From Balanoglossus misakiensis (taxonomy: Eukaryota; Animalia; Hemichordata), in assembly GCA_040954595.2 (NCBI GenBank), contig CM082576.2, positions 15,361,028 to 15,425,027 of the forward strand: DNA of 64,000 nt, in the 5' to 3' direction. This document shows, one piece after another, positions 1-12,890 of this stretch (positions are counted from its first letter, which is position 1; the number at the start of each line of letters is the position of its first letter). Under the pieces are notes generated by a model. The model saw only the letters and a program-made list of their open reading frames with translations, searched no databases and was not told the origin of the DNA. Position numbers and translations under genes: made by a program.

Positions 1-1467
1 ATCTATTTAGGGTTCAACATATCGACAAACGTGGTACAATTATTACGCCACAACTTTGCTATACAATGAATCTGCACTCATTAGAAACCTGATCACCACA
101 AATTTGCATGGGAGTCTCTGGTGTACTGTGGATAGATTTCATAAAGATATACACCTACCATATCGACAGACAAATCTACGCAGACGTGGACAATAATCCA
201 CACTGTACACCTTACTAGATTCACTGTATCTGATAAAATGACAATAAATAATCGTTACCAACAAATATACTGTTCAATACGTTTAAAATAATTTATAACA
301 TGTTATCAGCTGAATCTGAATTGTGTCACATTTCCTTGGGCTTCATTAAAGGGCGACAATCACCACAAATGCATGAGCCAAACTAGAAACTCAGCCAGTA
401 TGCTGATCTGACAACAAACAAGATGGCATTGACTAGTCTGGAAAAGACAAAATTGGATGAAACGAAGGGACGACACATGAAAGAAGAAAAGACGCGAATA
501 CAGCCCACAATTTAAATATGTCAAACGCAAAAATTGCAGAACATTTGGATTGAACGTAATATTTGTACACACAAAAGTACATTCATGCACATAAGATGAT
601 TATCGGCCTTATGCTCATTACTTAATTTTTGCACTGATGTGCTCTACTTATGAATGGAGACAACAGATCATGTGCACCTTATCCAGACGAATGTTTTGCT
701 GTGAATACAGTGCTTAATAGTGTCTAATTGTGTAGGAAAACGTGGTTTGGTGTAGACAAATATATAATTACACATTCGCTCCAATGCAATTTTTCCAAGA
801 GGATGCGTATGGCTGGTCATCCAACCACGGTAAGTAAGTCATTGGTGTCCCATTATAGTGCGTCCATTCATTCTCTGTATACAAATCCACACCATCTATC
901 CACAATCTTCTATACAATGCATCCTTATTGACGTAAAAATTAGAATTGATGTTAGGCCGAACAACTAGGACTTTTTGCTCGTGACAGGTTTAGTTTATAG
1001 TGGATGCAACAAAAAAAGTGGAATGAATAATCATTTTTTCTGTAAGGCATGCTGCTTTTAACCTTTTTTTCAAGTTCCGTTTTCCTGAATTGTAGTCTAG
1101 ACCACATCAACTTTGCCTAAGACGTAACACACATGTACAACACACTTTACTACCCATAAAAATACAAGTCTATCGATTATGACCAAGGCATGTACATATC
1201 CCTGAAGTTGTGACTATATGTATGTGGTTTGTGGGGTTGTCATGTTGAGAAACAGGGGTTAAAATGGCGCAAGCAATATTTGCCACCTCCGATGCACTGC
1301 TTATCAATATGTGACAACACATGTAATTCAACGAAACAACCACATCAGTTTAGAATATATTGTTCTATGATGCAGCCCAATAAGCTACACAATATACATT
1401 TTTATGCAAAACACAAAAATTTGAAACATGACATAATAAAATACCATAGTATAACATTGTGTGTCGC

Positions 1468-1545
1468 AACACAACACGACACGACACAACACAACACAAC
1501 ACAACACAACACAACACAACACAACACAACACAACACAACACAAC
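1468..1545. repeat. (CACAA)n microsatellite in lectin intron 5
   Basis: Direct reading. The homologous array in copy B is longer (7807-7940) and is nearly absent in copy C. Confidence 0.95.
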
Positions 1546-2896
1546 AAAATATTACATTACATCAAATAAGATTAAATAAAAACCCGTACAATACAAAACA
1601 AAACTGCCATGTTGGATAGAAGGGTGTGGTCGATACTTACTAAAGGGTATCCCAAGACTATTGTCAACCGTGCTAACCATGTTTATAACATATTCCATTG
1701 TCTGTTGGTCAGGTACTCGTAGTAAAGCCCCTCCATCATTCAAGCAGTACTCATAGGCGTATTGGGAGCTTGCGAGGAATCTGGATACCTTGTATTCGTC
1801 ATTGACTCTATCAAGAAGCACTGACAAAGATGTAAGAAGGAGAATAAAATTATTCATTCACCTTTGTTTTTGACATATGACTGTATAGCAAGTGGAAAAC
1901 AGTTGGCAAGGTGTGCACATTGCTGTATTTTCGTCATACGATTATTGTGTATCTACGTTGTCAAGACCTTGCGCGCATGTCCACAAAGATCTCTGTTGAC
2001 CTATTGATTTGCTACGAGATTTTTTGAAGTTAGCACCACGCTGAAACTATGCGTGAACAATCGAAACTTTTGATTTCTTGAGGTCATATTGAAAATATAA
2101 TCGGCCAGATGTATCTACATGCGTAGTTCCTTTTTTTCCCAATTTAACCAGTTTATAAAAGTCTATTCGGAAAATAAACCCCAAAATTATTCTTCACGAC
2201 CAAAATTATTGCAAGTGTGAAATTGTTGTTGAAATCAAACCTATTATTATGTAAATTGCTATTTTCATATAATGCTTTATTTAATTATTAGCTTATTATC
2301 ACTTACTTGAGTGGGCACTACTGTTCTTATACTGGCACATGAAACGATGCCTACCGTCACAATCCCAGTCATTCCATGACGTAGTCGACCTGTACCATTA
2401 AACAGGTGGAATATCTCACTATACACACATACTGGAGAATGCAAAGATGTGTGTACGAAGTAAGGTTTTTGAATACAACTTTAAGCCGTCTGCTGTTTCG
2501 TCAAGTATGTGTCATCCATCAGCGATTTAGAAGAGTAAAGATAGTACAATTATTTCTATTACATATGTGCTGCGGTTTACGCTCTGATTTTATCATGTGT
2601 CACGTGTTTGTGGCATACTGATGCCGTCATCTGTCAAAATGGCGGTCGGATGCATCTCTGAGTGCCGCGGTACGTGTGGTATGACCCAGAGTGTGGTGTA
2701 ACTAGCCAATGACAATTTGATGACGTCATCGTAGTGTCGCCTGCTCACAAAACAACCAATAGCATTCCGCGATCGCATTTCTTCCATTTTCTGTTGTTGT
2801 TTCATGGTGTTTCCGATGGTTTCGTCTAAAATGGGAGTATCGTATGTAATAATAACAGAACCCGATGGCGAGATCGTACAAACACGACAGCTTAGG

Positions 2897-2982
2897 GTAT
2901 TTGCAATCGTGCTGGTGGTGTATTCTTGCTGCCCTCGCACAGGCGCAGCCACAGAATACACCACCAGCACGAGTGCAAATAC
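2897..2982. repeat. 30-bp inverted repeat (hairpin) inside a GC-richer intronic transposon relic
   Basis: GTATTTGCAATCGTGCTGGTGGTGTATTCT (2897-2926) pairs with AGAATACACCACCAGCACGAGTGCAAATAC (2953-2982), one mismatch. Confidence 0.85.
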
Positions 2983-3770
2983 TCCCCCCCCCAGTACGCC
3001 GCGCTTGCTCCATCTGGCCGTGGGGCTATGTCATACTAGCCTTTCTACATAAAGCCCCGCCAATAGAGATCTCGTTACAGCCAAATATACATCAGTTGAC
3101 CCCCTTTAAAACAATATTACCATATTAAACCACAATCTTCACCGCCATTGTCGTCTGGCTCCCACATGTCCCATGCTGCCAAACATTTATCTATGCTCGA
3201 ACCGTCCGAGTATACAAAGTGACCTTCTGTCTCACTATCATTGGCATCGATCCAGACGTATTCTGTAAAACATTCCAAAGAAGAAATGCATCTTGAATGT
3301 TGAGTGATACATGTCGATTGGTGTACTTTAAAAGTCACGTTGATTATTACAACAATTGTACTTCTGAATGAGAAGACATTGCTTGCATGAACATGCAGTT
3401 ATGACAAAGTTGGGTTCTCTATTACAGTAGGACATTTTGTGAAATTTCCGCAGAATGATCAATTAGCACACTACATAAGTTATAACAGCTAAGTGTTATC
3501 ATTTATTATCACTATTTAACGTCATTTAAATATGTTAATTACCTTTCCAAACGAATAACGCTATATAGCTGACAACTATATTCATGGTCTCTCGGTCGTA
3601 GAACCTCAACAGATGCCCATTGTCCTGCTCACATGCTTCTTTTGCTTCCAGCCACGTTGCACTATAGTTGGCAAGTTTCAACTCATTTTCGATCACAGTA
3701 GTAAAGTCTTGGGCTGAAACACGTGCATGTTTGTTCCATCGTCGCAAACCAAGAATATACTATTGAATTG

Positions 3771-4831
3771 AACATGCACTCCCTAAAGATTGTCACGAAA
3801 TTCGCTCGACGTTTCCTCAAGTAACACGTCTTCCAAGATATATCTAATGACAGCATCAATAAAAGACTTAGACACACCTTGTCAACTATATATGGGAATA
3901 TATAAATTAGAGGTTGTTTATCTTTCACCCCTTTCACCACTATGGTGCAATCCAAATATATTGTTTTCTGTGGGAAGGTTGGACTTCTATAGAGGGAACT
4001 GGGATGAAAGGGTTAAATTCAATAGCCCCCTTTAGGCTAGAGACAATTGTACATAAGGCCAATTGAAAAACCTCCATTGTATGATGAAGTAATCTCGACA
4101 GAAGAGTACATAGAGATTGTAAGGGCCTGCACATACCATACCACACACGTCAGAGTATTCGCTCAACGATGGAAAAACTACATCGAACGCTGTGCTACCT
4201 CAGTATTGTATCCGTGGTAATTTTCTCACATACCCAGGTGAAGGCAAACGGTATTGTAGACCATTTTCATGTATTCGATGAATTCCTGAAGGTAATCTCA
4301 GTATTAGAGTAGCAGTGTTTTACAACTTCATCATCGTGCCATACACACGTCGTTTCGAAAGTGACAGTGATCACAAATCATAACATTTTCAATAATTATA
4401 TTCTGAAATTTCAGAATACACGTTCTAGTTATGTACCATCAGTTGCCAATAATAAATAGTTCATATTAATGTAGACAAGGCACTTTTTAAAGTAACGTGC
4501 ACATGCTCGTTCAGATGTTTGAGTTCTACATTAATGTCTATTCTGCCAACAGAACATTCTCTTATACATGTTTGTAAATTTCATGTGTTTCAGCCCAAGA
4601 GTTGAGGACCCTGATTGAAAACGAGTTAAAACTTGCTAACTATAGTGCAACGTGGCTGGAAGCAAAAGAAGCATGTGAGCAGGACAATGGGCATCTGTTG
4701 AGGTTCTACGACCGAGAGACCATGAATATAGTTACCAGCTATATACTCATGTTAGTTTCGCCAGGTGATTAACATATTTAAATGACTTTAAATAGTGATA
4801 AATGGATGATAACACTTGGCTGTTATAACTT
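3771..4831 (+). repeat. Near-identical tandem duplicate of 5196-6256: promoter, exon 1 (4169-4250) and exon 2 (4594-4764) of lectin gene B
   Basis: Offset 1425 bp; about 4 substitutions seen by eye over ~1.06 kb. ORF-track proteins 3940..4146 and 5365..5571 are identical. Confidence 0.93.
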
Positions 4832-5593
4832 TTCATAGGATAACGTTTCATAGTACCTGAATTCGATACAATGTGCTGGTGGCGTAAACACGCTACGAAA
4901 CTTGAATCTTCTGTGCATCCCGCGAATTCTATCAGCCATCTGGTGCGTGCACATTATAAACAGCTCAACTCAAATTCGCTTTTTATATTTTTACAAACAA
5001 CTATCCGCTCCCTAGAAATTGTCACAAAATTCGCTCGACATTTCCGCAGTTTACACGTCTCCCAAGATATATCTAATGACAACATCAATAAAAGACTCAG
5101 ACACACCCTTTTGCCTATATATGGGAATATGCAAATTAGAAGTATTGTATTCCTTTAAATTCAATAGTATATTTTTGGTTTGCGACGATGAAACAAACAT
5201 GCACTCCCTAAAGATTGTCACGAAATTCGCTCGACGTTTCCTCAAGTAACACGTCTTCCAAGATATATCTAATGACAGCATCAATAAAAGACTTAGACAC
5301 ACCTTGTCAACCATATATGGGAATATATAAATTAGAGGTTGTTTATCTTTCACCCCTTTCACCACTATGGTGCAATCCAAATATATTGTTTTCTGTGGGA
5401 AGGTTGGACTTCTATAGAGGGAACTGGGATGAAAGGGTTAAATTCAATAGCCCCCTTTAGGCTAGAGACAATTGTACATAAGGCCAATTGAAAAACCTCC
5501 ATTGTATGATGAAGTAATCTCGACAGAAGAGTACATAGAGATTGTAAGGGCCTGCACATACCATACCACACACGTCAGAGTATTCGCTCAACG

Positions 5594-8500
5594 ATGGAAA
5601 AACTACATCGAACGCTGTGCTACCTCAGTATTGTATCCGTGGTAATTTTCTCACATACCCAGGTGAAGGCAAACGGTATTGTAGACCATTTTCATGTATT
5701 CGATGAATTCCTGATGGTAATCTCAGTATTAGAGTAGCAGTGTTTTACAACTTCATCATCGTGCCATACACACGTCGTTTCGAAAGTGACAGTGATCACA
5801 AATCATAACATTTTCAATAATTATATTCTGAAATTTCAGAATACACGTTCTAGTTATGTACCATCAGTTGCCAATTATAAATAGTTCATATTAATGTAGA
5901 CAAGGCACTTTTTAAAGTAACGTGCACATGCTCGTTCAGATGTTTGAGTTCTACATTAAAGTCTATTCTGCCAACAGAACATTCTCTTATACATGTTTGT
6001 AAATTTCATGTGTTTCAGCCCAAGAGTTGAGGACCCTGATTGAAAACGAGTTAAAACTTGCTAACTATAGTGCAACGTGGCTGGAAGCAAAAGAAGCATG
6101 TGAGCAGGACAATGGGCATCTGTTGAGGTTCTACGACCGAGAGACCATGAATATAGTTACCAGCTATATACTCATGTTAGTTTCGCCAGGTGATTAACAT
6201 ATTTAAATGACTTTAAATAGTGATAAATGGATGATAACACTTGGCTGTTATAACTTATAAATGTAGTGTGTTAATTGATCTTTCTGTGGGAATTCCACAA
6301 TATTGTCCTACTGCTTCCCGGCAAAGAGTAATAGACTACCCAACTTTGTGTTTACTGCTTGTTCATACAAGCGATGTATTCTCATTCAGAAGTACAACAT
6401 GACTTTTAAAGTAAACAAATCTACATGTATCACTCGACGTTCAAGATGCCTTTCCTCTTTGGAATGTTTTACAGAATATGTCTGGATCGATGCCAATGAT
6501 AGAGAGACAGAAGGTCACTTAGTTTACTCGGACGGTTCGAGCATAGATGAATGTTTGGCCCCATGGCACATATGGGGATCAATCAACCACGGCGGTAACG
6601 ATTGTGTCATAATATGGTAATTTTCTTGAAATGTCGTCACCTGACCTCAAGTTGTGCGATTTAATTTTGGCTGTACCTAGATCTCTATTGGTGGGGCATT
6701 TGATGTAGAAATTATCCTAAATATCAACAAGTCACTGTCCGTTGCGTGAACTAACCTACCACAACGACTGCGATTTTGAAAGATGACGACATTATTATGC
6801 CACAAACAGGAAACTGCAAGAGTCAGATAATGAAATCGGAATGTAAACTGCAGCACATATGTAATAGTTATAATTGTCCATAATGAGACTAACTATAGTA
6901 TTATTTTACTTTTAGTCTCAATCTTAAATCTCTGATGAATGTCATGTACTTGACGAAACAGCAGACAGCTTAAAGTTGTGTTAAAAACACCAGTTCGTAC
7001 ACACATCTTTGCATTCTCTTGTATGTGTATAGTGAAATATTTTACCTGCTAACGGTACAGGTCGACTGCTTTATGGGGTGTCTGGAGGTGTGACGAAAGG
7101 AATCGTTTCATGTGCCAGTATAAGAACAGAATTGCCAACTCAAGTTTATGTAAGTGATATAAAGCTGATAATTAAATAAAGAATTATAGGAAAATAATAA
7201 TTTAAATAATAATAGGTTCAATTTCAACAAAGATTGCACATTTCGAATTCAACATTAAACGGAATGCGAGGTGCTATGTCTGCCCTATCAACTCGTTTGC
7301 CGCTAATTCAAACTTTTCTCAATATATACCACAATGGTTAAAGTGTCTTTATGAGTAAATTAAAAACCCAATGATTGTACATAAAATCTCCTTGTGCTTT
7401 GTTATAATTATACAATTCTTTAAACCCCTAAACTTGTAAAAAATTGTAATAATAATAACAACAATCTACTTAATATACATATCTCAAAAACAAAGGTGAA
7501 TGAATAGTTTAATTCCCCTTCTTAAATCTTTGTTAGTGTCTCTTGATAGATTCAATGACGAATACAAGGTATCCAGATTCCTCGCAAGCTCCCGAGACGC
7601 CAATGAGTACTGCTTGAATGATGGAGGGGCTTTACTACGAGTACCTGACCAACAGACTATGGAATATGTTGTAAACGTGGTTCTCTCGGTTGACAATAGT
7701 CTTGGGATGCATGTTAGTAAGTATCGACCACACCCTTCTATCCGACATGGCAGTTTTTGTTTTGTATTGATTTGTACGGGGTTGTAGTTTATTTTATTTG
7801 ATGTAATGTTGTGTTGTGTTGTGTTGTGTTGTGTTGTGTTGTGTTGTGTTGTGTTGTGTTGTGTTGTGTTGTGTTGTGTTGTGTTGTGTTGTGTTGTGTT
7901 GTGTTGTGTGGTGTGGTGTGGTGTTGTGTTGTGTTGTGTTAGGCTACGGTACACAATGTACTATGGAATGTTAATATGTCATGTTTAAAATTGTTGTGTT
8001 TTGCATAAGAATGTATGTTGTGTAGCTTATTCTGTTGCATCAAAGAACAATATATTCTAAACTGATGTGGTGATCTTGTTGACTAAGGCCAAAAAGATAA
8101 TATGTTCCGATTACATGGTTTTCAAAAATAGTGTAGGTGGGTAAGTAATTTTTTTTTATTTCTTTGGCTGTCGTATTTAGAAGAATGACGTCATAGTTCT
8201 TGCATGATGCATGCGGTTTCGTCATCGTTCTCGCGTGATTCGCGCAATTTTCATAAATTTTGTATATTTGACATCGTTATTTTTACTTCCGGTTTTAAAA
8301 CAGGTTAAAAGCAGCATGCTTTACAGAAAAGAATGATTATTCATTCCACTTTTTTGTTGCATCCACTATAAACTAAACCTGTCACCAGCAAAAAGTCCTA
8401 GCTAGTTCGGCCTAACATCAATTCTAATTTTTACGTCAATAAAGATGGATTGTATAGAAGATTGTGGATAGATGGTGTGGATTTGTATAAAGAGAATGAA

Positions 8501-11025
8501 TGGACGCACTATGATGGGACACCAATGACTTACTTACCATGGAAGGATGGCGAGCCAAATGAAGACCCTAATAAAATAGAACACTGTATTCAAGCGAATT
8601 TGTAATTATTTATATGTCTTCACCCAACCAGCAGGATCTCGGTGAATGTAACACCATCACAATTAGACACCATAAAGCACTGTGTCCACAGCAAAACATT
8701 CGTCTGGTTACGTTGCACTGCTATGTTTACTAGAAAGTGCACAGTGACTGCGCGTCCATGATTTGTTGTCTCCATTTATGAGTAGGACACATCTGAGCAT
8801 CAAGTAAAATAAGGATGCGTACCTGACGGCCGTCTTATGCGCATGTACGTACTTTCGTGTGTACAAACATTACGTCCAATCCAAATGTTCTGCAAATTTT
8901 GCCTTCAACAGTTAAAGTAGTGGGCTGCATTCTCCTCCTTTCTTATTTCATGCGCACCGAATAAGTAGACTTCAGTTTTGTCCCTTCGTTTGTTATCAAA
9001 TTTGTTGTCTTTTCCCGTTCTCCAACACAGACTAGTCACCGCCATCTTGTCTCTTGTCAGAACAACCCACTGCCCCAGCCTCTCGTTTGGCCCATGCGCA
9101 TAAGGTGATCGTCGCCCTTCAATCTAGCACAAGCAAATGTGACACAATTTAGATTGAGCTGATAATATGTTAAAATGATTTCTCGCCATAAACGTATTGA
9201 ACAGTATATTTGTTGGTAACAATTTTTCGTTGTCGTTTTCTTAGATACAGAAAACCTGCTAAGATGTTCAGTTTGGATTTTTGTCCAGGTTTTTCGAGAT
9301 TTGTCTGTCGATATGGTAGGTGTATATCTTTGTACTTTATCAAATCTAGCAAAAGTGCACCAGAGACTCCCATGCAAATTTGTTAAACAATGGAAGACGA
9401 ATGGCGGCCTTTTATAATTTTGATCAGCTTTCTAATGAATGCAAAATCATTGTATTTCAAAAGTTATGGCGTAATAATTGTACCACATTTGTCGATATGT
9501 TGAACCCTAAATAGATGTGACTTGAGTCACGAACATGTGTGACATGCCAGTACTGAAATGTCGCCCACATTGTAAGACTAACATCTCAGAAAAGAACTTC
9601 ATCGCCATTTTTTGTATTGGTTCTCTCTTGCTTGGGTCAGAAATCCTTCGTCGCGAGAACGTTACATCATCCACATTACCAGCCGAGAAAATAAGTGTAA
9701 ACGTCTTAAGAAATAAACGACAAAACCATTTTACTAAGAGGTGTATCAGAACTGCACCATCGATTTATTGCAGTTCGAATGAATGCTGTTATAAGAAGTT
9801 GCAATATTCAGCGTGGCAGTTTCTTGTAAAAAATGGACCTAACAGACTTCAATGAATCACTAATACATTCCAAAGTGAACATGGCGCCCTTTTTGTGGCC
9901 TAATGCCTATTTGAATACCACTTATCCTAAACCAGTTATTTCATGTTGGTTTTACATTACAGGTGTGTCGTACACACCCAAACTGCCGTATATAAAATCT
10001 GAATGTTATAACAGTAGTCTGACGACACCTGGATATACTGGCCATGTTGGCTCTGACGTTACTAATACCAGTTCTTCAGAAATGTCAACAGATGTAACAG
10101 AGGATACTGGCGCTGGGGCTAAATCTGACACTAGCCCGACTGAAACAGAATCCCTGTTAGAGTTAACTGTAATGCAGCGAAACGAAACAACAGATAATGA
10201 AGTTTTGACAGACATCCCTGACGACAAAGACACTGAGAGTGTCTCTGGTTTCATCTCGAAGGAAAACCCTACTGAAACGGCTACAACTGTAGTGCGTGGG
10301 ACTGAACCAGGCGTTGAGGAAGCCCACACTGATTCTGTCTCCATATCAACGGATACAATCGACGCCAGCACCTTGTCTCCTAATACTGCATGTAAAGGTC
10401 CATTCTGCCAACATTTGCCAAGCATTAGTGTTGTCGATAGCAATTCGAAACTGCCCCACTGTAAGTATAAGTTCACTGTGCTTCACAGCCACACTTGTAG
10501 AAACAAAACACAATTGAATAATATAAAATGAGGCAGGGTGGCCTTAGTATTTTTGAAACACCTGATATCACTTCTTTATTTTGTCAGAGGTCCGTGCATC
10601 TTTCTTTCACGGTTTTGACATCTGGCTGAATTTATGGTTGTCTGTCCTAGGCTACGCTGTGCTGCTGTTGTGTGTGTGTATGTGTGATTAGTCATGTACC
10701 AGTCAATGGTAAAATATATTTTCCTTGTGATTTTATTGAATATAGAAAGTTATGCTCACAAGTATATAATACTGTACTTCACAAGTAACCGAATGGATCC
10801 TGCCCACGCCCCATAGTCTCAGGCCGCATATTCTGCACTTTGGAATTTTTGCTATCTTTTTTTTTCTTGACAGGTGACGAACTCGGCAACAATGGCAACA
10901 CTTTCATAGTCCTAGTCCTAGGCTTTGTCGCTGCATACCTGGCTGTGCATATTGTGTTGATACTCGGGATTTCTCGTTGTGTAAGAAACCTAGACCCTGC
11001 TCCAAAGTTGCAAAATGACACATAG
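5594..11025 (+). CDS. Type I membrane receptor, paralog B: signal peptide, 2 C-type lectin domains, Ser/Thr mucin-like stalk, TM, short tail (~513 aa)
   Basis: Nine phase-consistent GT-AG exons: 5594-5675, 6019-6189, 6475-6616, 7061-7149, 7537-7716, 8445-8601, 9245-9315, 9963-10460, 10874-11025. CTLD hallmarks: TWLEAKEAC..GHLL, WID, PW..GEPN..EHC, RFVC. TM segment FIVLVLGFVAAYLAVHIVLILGI. Confidence 0.88.
7807..7940. repeat. (TTGTG)n microsatellite
   Basis: Direct reading. Confidence 0.95.
8086..8310 (+). mobile_element. Partial copy of AGGCCAAA-terminated MITE family
   Basis: Matches 61726-61935 (AGGCCAAA...TGTTCCGAT.ACATGGTTTTCAAAAATAG...GAAGAATGACGTCATAGTT). Absent at the homologous position of copies A and C. 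Confidence 0.75.
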
Positions 11026-12890
11026 AATACTGTTCTTGCTTTGATCGTTACTCGTGTTATTAATGCTGTTTCTTCATTTGACACAGTGATCGAATTCAAA
11101 ACATCATTTATGATCGTTAGTTAGGTTTCTGTTACAGTGTCACCATGTTTCGTTATTTCATTTAATAATTGAGAACAAGCTAAATTAATAAAGTCAGCGT
11201 TTTCACATTAGTAACTGTATTGAAATTGAATTACAACTATCTGTGAACAAATGTAATGCATGTTTATTTATGATCATGGGTTTTCAATGTGAGTTGCACA
11301 TTCGCTGTGGATCGCGGTAGTTATAATATGCACATGCGTATTGTCAATTAAGGAGGATATCTTTCTGTCACGGACATAACTCATTACCTGTGTTGTGTCG
11401 TCTTGTATTGTATTTGTCTTTACAACGTGCCACATGAATGTGATATTTGATTGGTGTTATTTTCGAATATGGATGGTTATGATTTGAATTATTTGATTAT
11501 ATGATTATTGTTGTTTTAATAAACATACTTTAGTTCACTATCACTTCAAACTTCACTTGCTGTTTTTCCCCGCACTTGGATTCGAAATACGTGACGCCTA
11601 TGTGGGCAAGGGACATATGAACCCGACAACGTACAAACTGACCATTTCAAGAATGCACGTACCTCAAACCCAACCGAAAGTGTTCAAACCATAGACAACT
11701 GGAAGTTTCACTATTCTAATTTTATATATTGAACATGTGAGCTACACTGGCACAAATATGAAGTAAAAAGCCCATCTTTTATGGAATGTTTCATTACTGT
11801 GGAATGCTATTTCAAAATGGAAGTTTTATTTAAGTCCTGAAAACGTGATTGCTATAAGGCATTGAATTGTTTCTGCTACTCAAGGCCACTTGCCCCTTTG
11901 CAAAAGGGTTGCAAACTATTTTACAGAATCACTTCACAGCGGATTTTGGAAGCTTTGAAATCCAACAACAACTACAATGAATATTAAACTTTTGATTGAT
12001 AGCATTCAAGTCGAATTTAACACTCATACGCATGCTTGTCTTGTATATAACTCCGTACACTCAACGATAATATGCTATAGTAACTGATATGTGCAGCAGA
12101 TTGGCGGGTCATACGATATTTCACCCCTCTTGGCATGGGAGGAGGCTGTTAAAGTCATGTATTTATTCATTTGGAACATCAGTCACAGTTTGCTTCTAAG
12201 GTTATATTTGAAGTGTTAGAAAATGAAATTCTCAAATATTATGAAATGCAAGTCAATAATAATAATAAGAAAACTACTGGATCAGAAAATTTTACTTAAT
12301 ATACTTTCTAGAAAACAGTTGAGTAATACTTTCTAATGGGCAAAAGAGTGATGTTCATCTGAGAATAAAGCACTGAAAGTCTATGGTTTTGTTTTGACCA
12401 CTGAATTAATTTCATAATGAGGTTTCAGCAAATAAACTTTTCCAGAAAATGACATATGTAGTTGTTTGGTTTATGAAAGGATATTTCGTTATAGGATAAT
12501 GTTTCATCGTATCAGTATTCGATACAATGGGCTTGTGGCGTAAACATTCGACGAAACTTGATTCGTCTCTGCCCGCGAATATTCTCTCAGCCATCTGGTG
12601 CGTGCACATTGTAAAAAGCTTGACTCACAGTCGCTTTTTGGTCTCTTCACAAACAACCATGCTCTCCCAAACGAAATTCGATCACCAATTCTGCAGTGTA
12701 CACGTCTTTCAAGATATATCCAATGACAACATCAATCAAGACTTAGACACACCCTTTTGCAAATATATGGGAAAATACAAATTGGAAGTAGTGTATTCCT
12801 TTAAAAAGTAATCTCGTACGGACAGGAGAGAAACTGCGGTAAAAGGGCGTGCACATACCATACCACACACATCGGAGTATTCGCTCAACG

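Larger units (their letters stand above)
159..3713 (-). pseudogene. Two-CTLD receptor paralog A. Headless (no signal-peptide exon); runs off the window start; probable pseudogene
   Basis: Exons homologous to copies B/C: 3713-3543, 3262-3121 (YVWIDAND...WDMWEPDDNGGEDC), 2389-2307 (STTSWNDWDC...RFMC), 1820-1641, 922-772 (LWIDG...PWLDDQPYASSWKNC), 229-159. Exon 1/intron 1 are absent upstream of 3713. The exon-6 acceptor reads AAG|G instead of AAAG|, shifting the AG by 1 nt. Confidence 0.75.

Noticed and set aside
9535-9855. 106-aa ORF conserved between copies B and C (17180-17500)
   Set aside because: Lies in intron 7. Conservation follows from near-identical DNA, not coding constraint.
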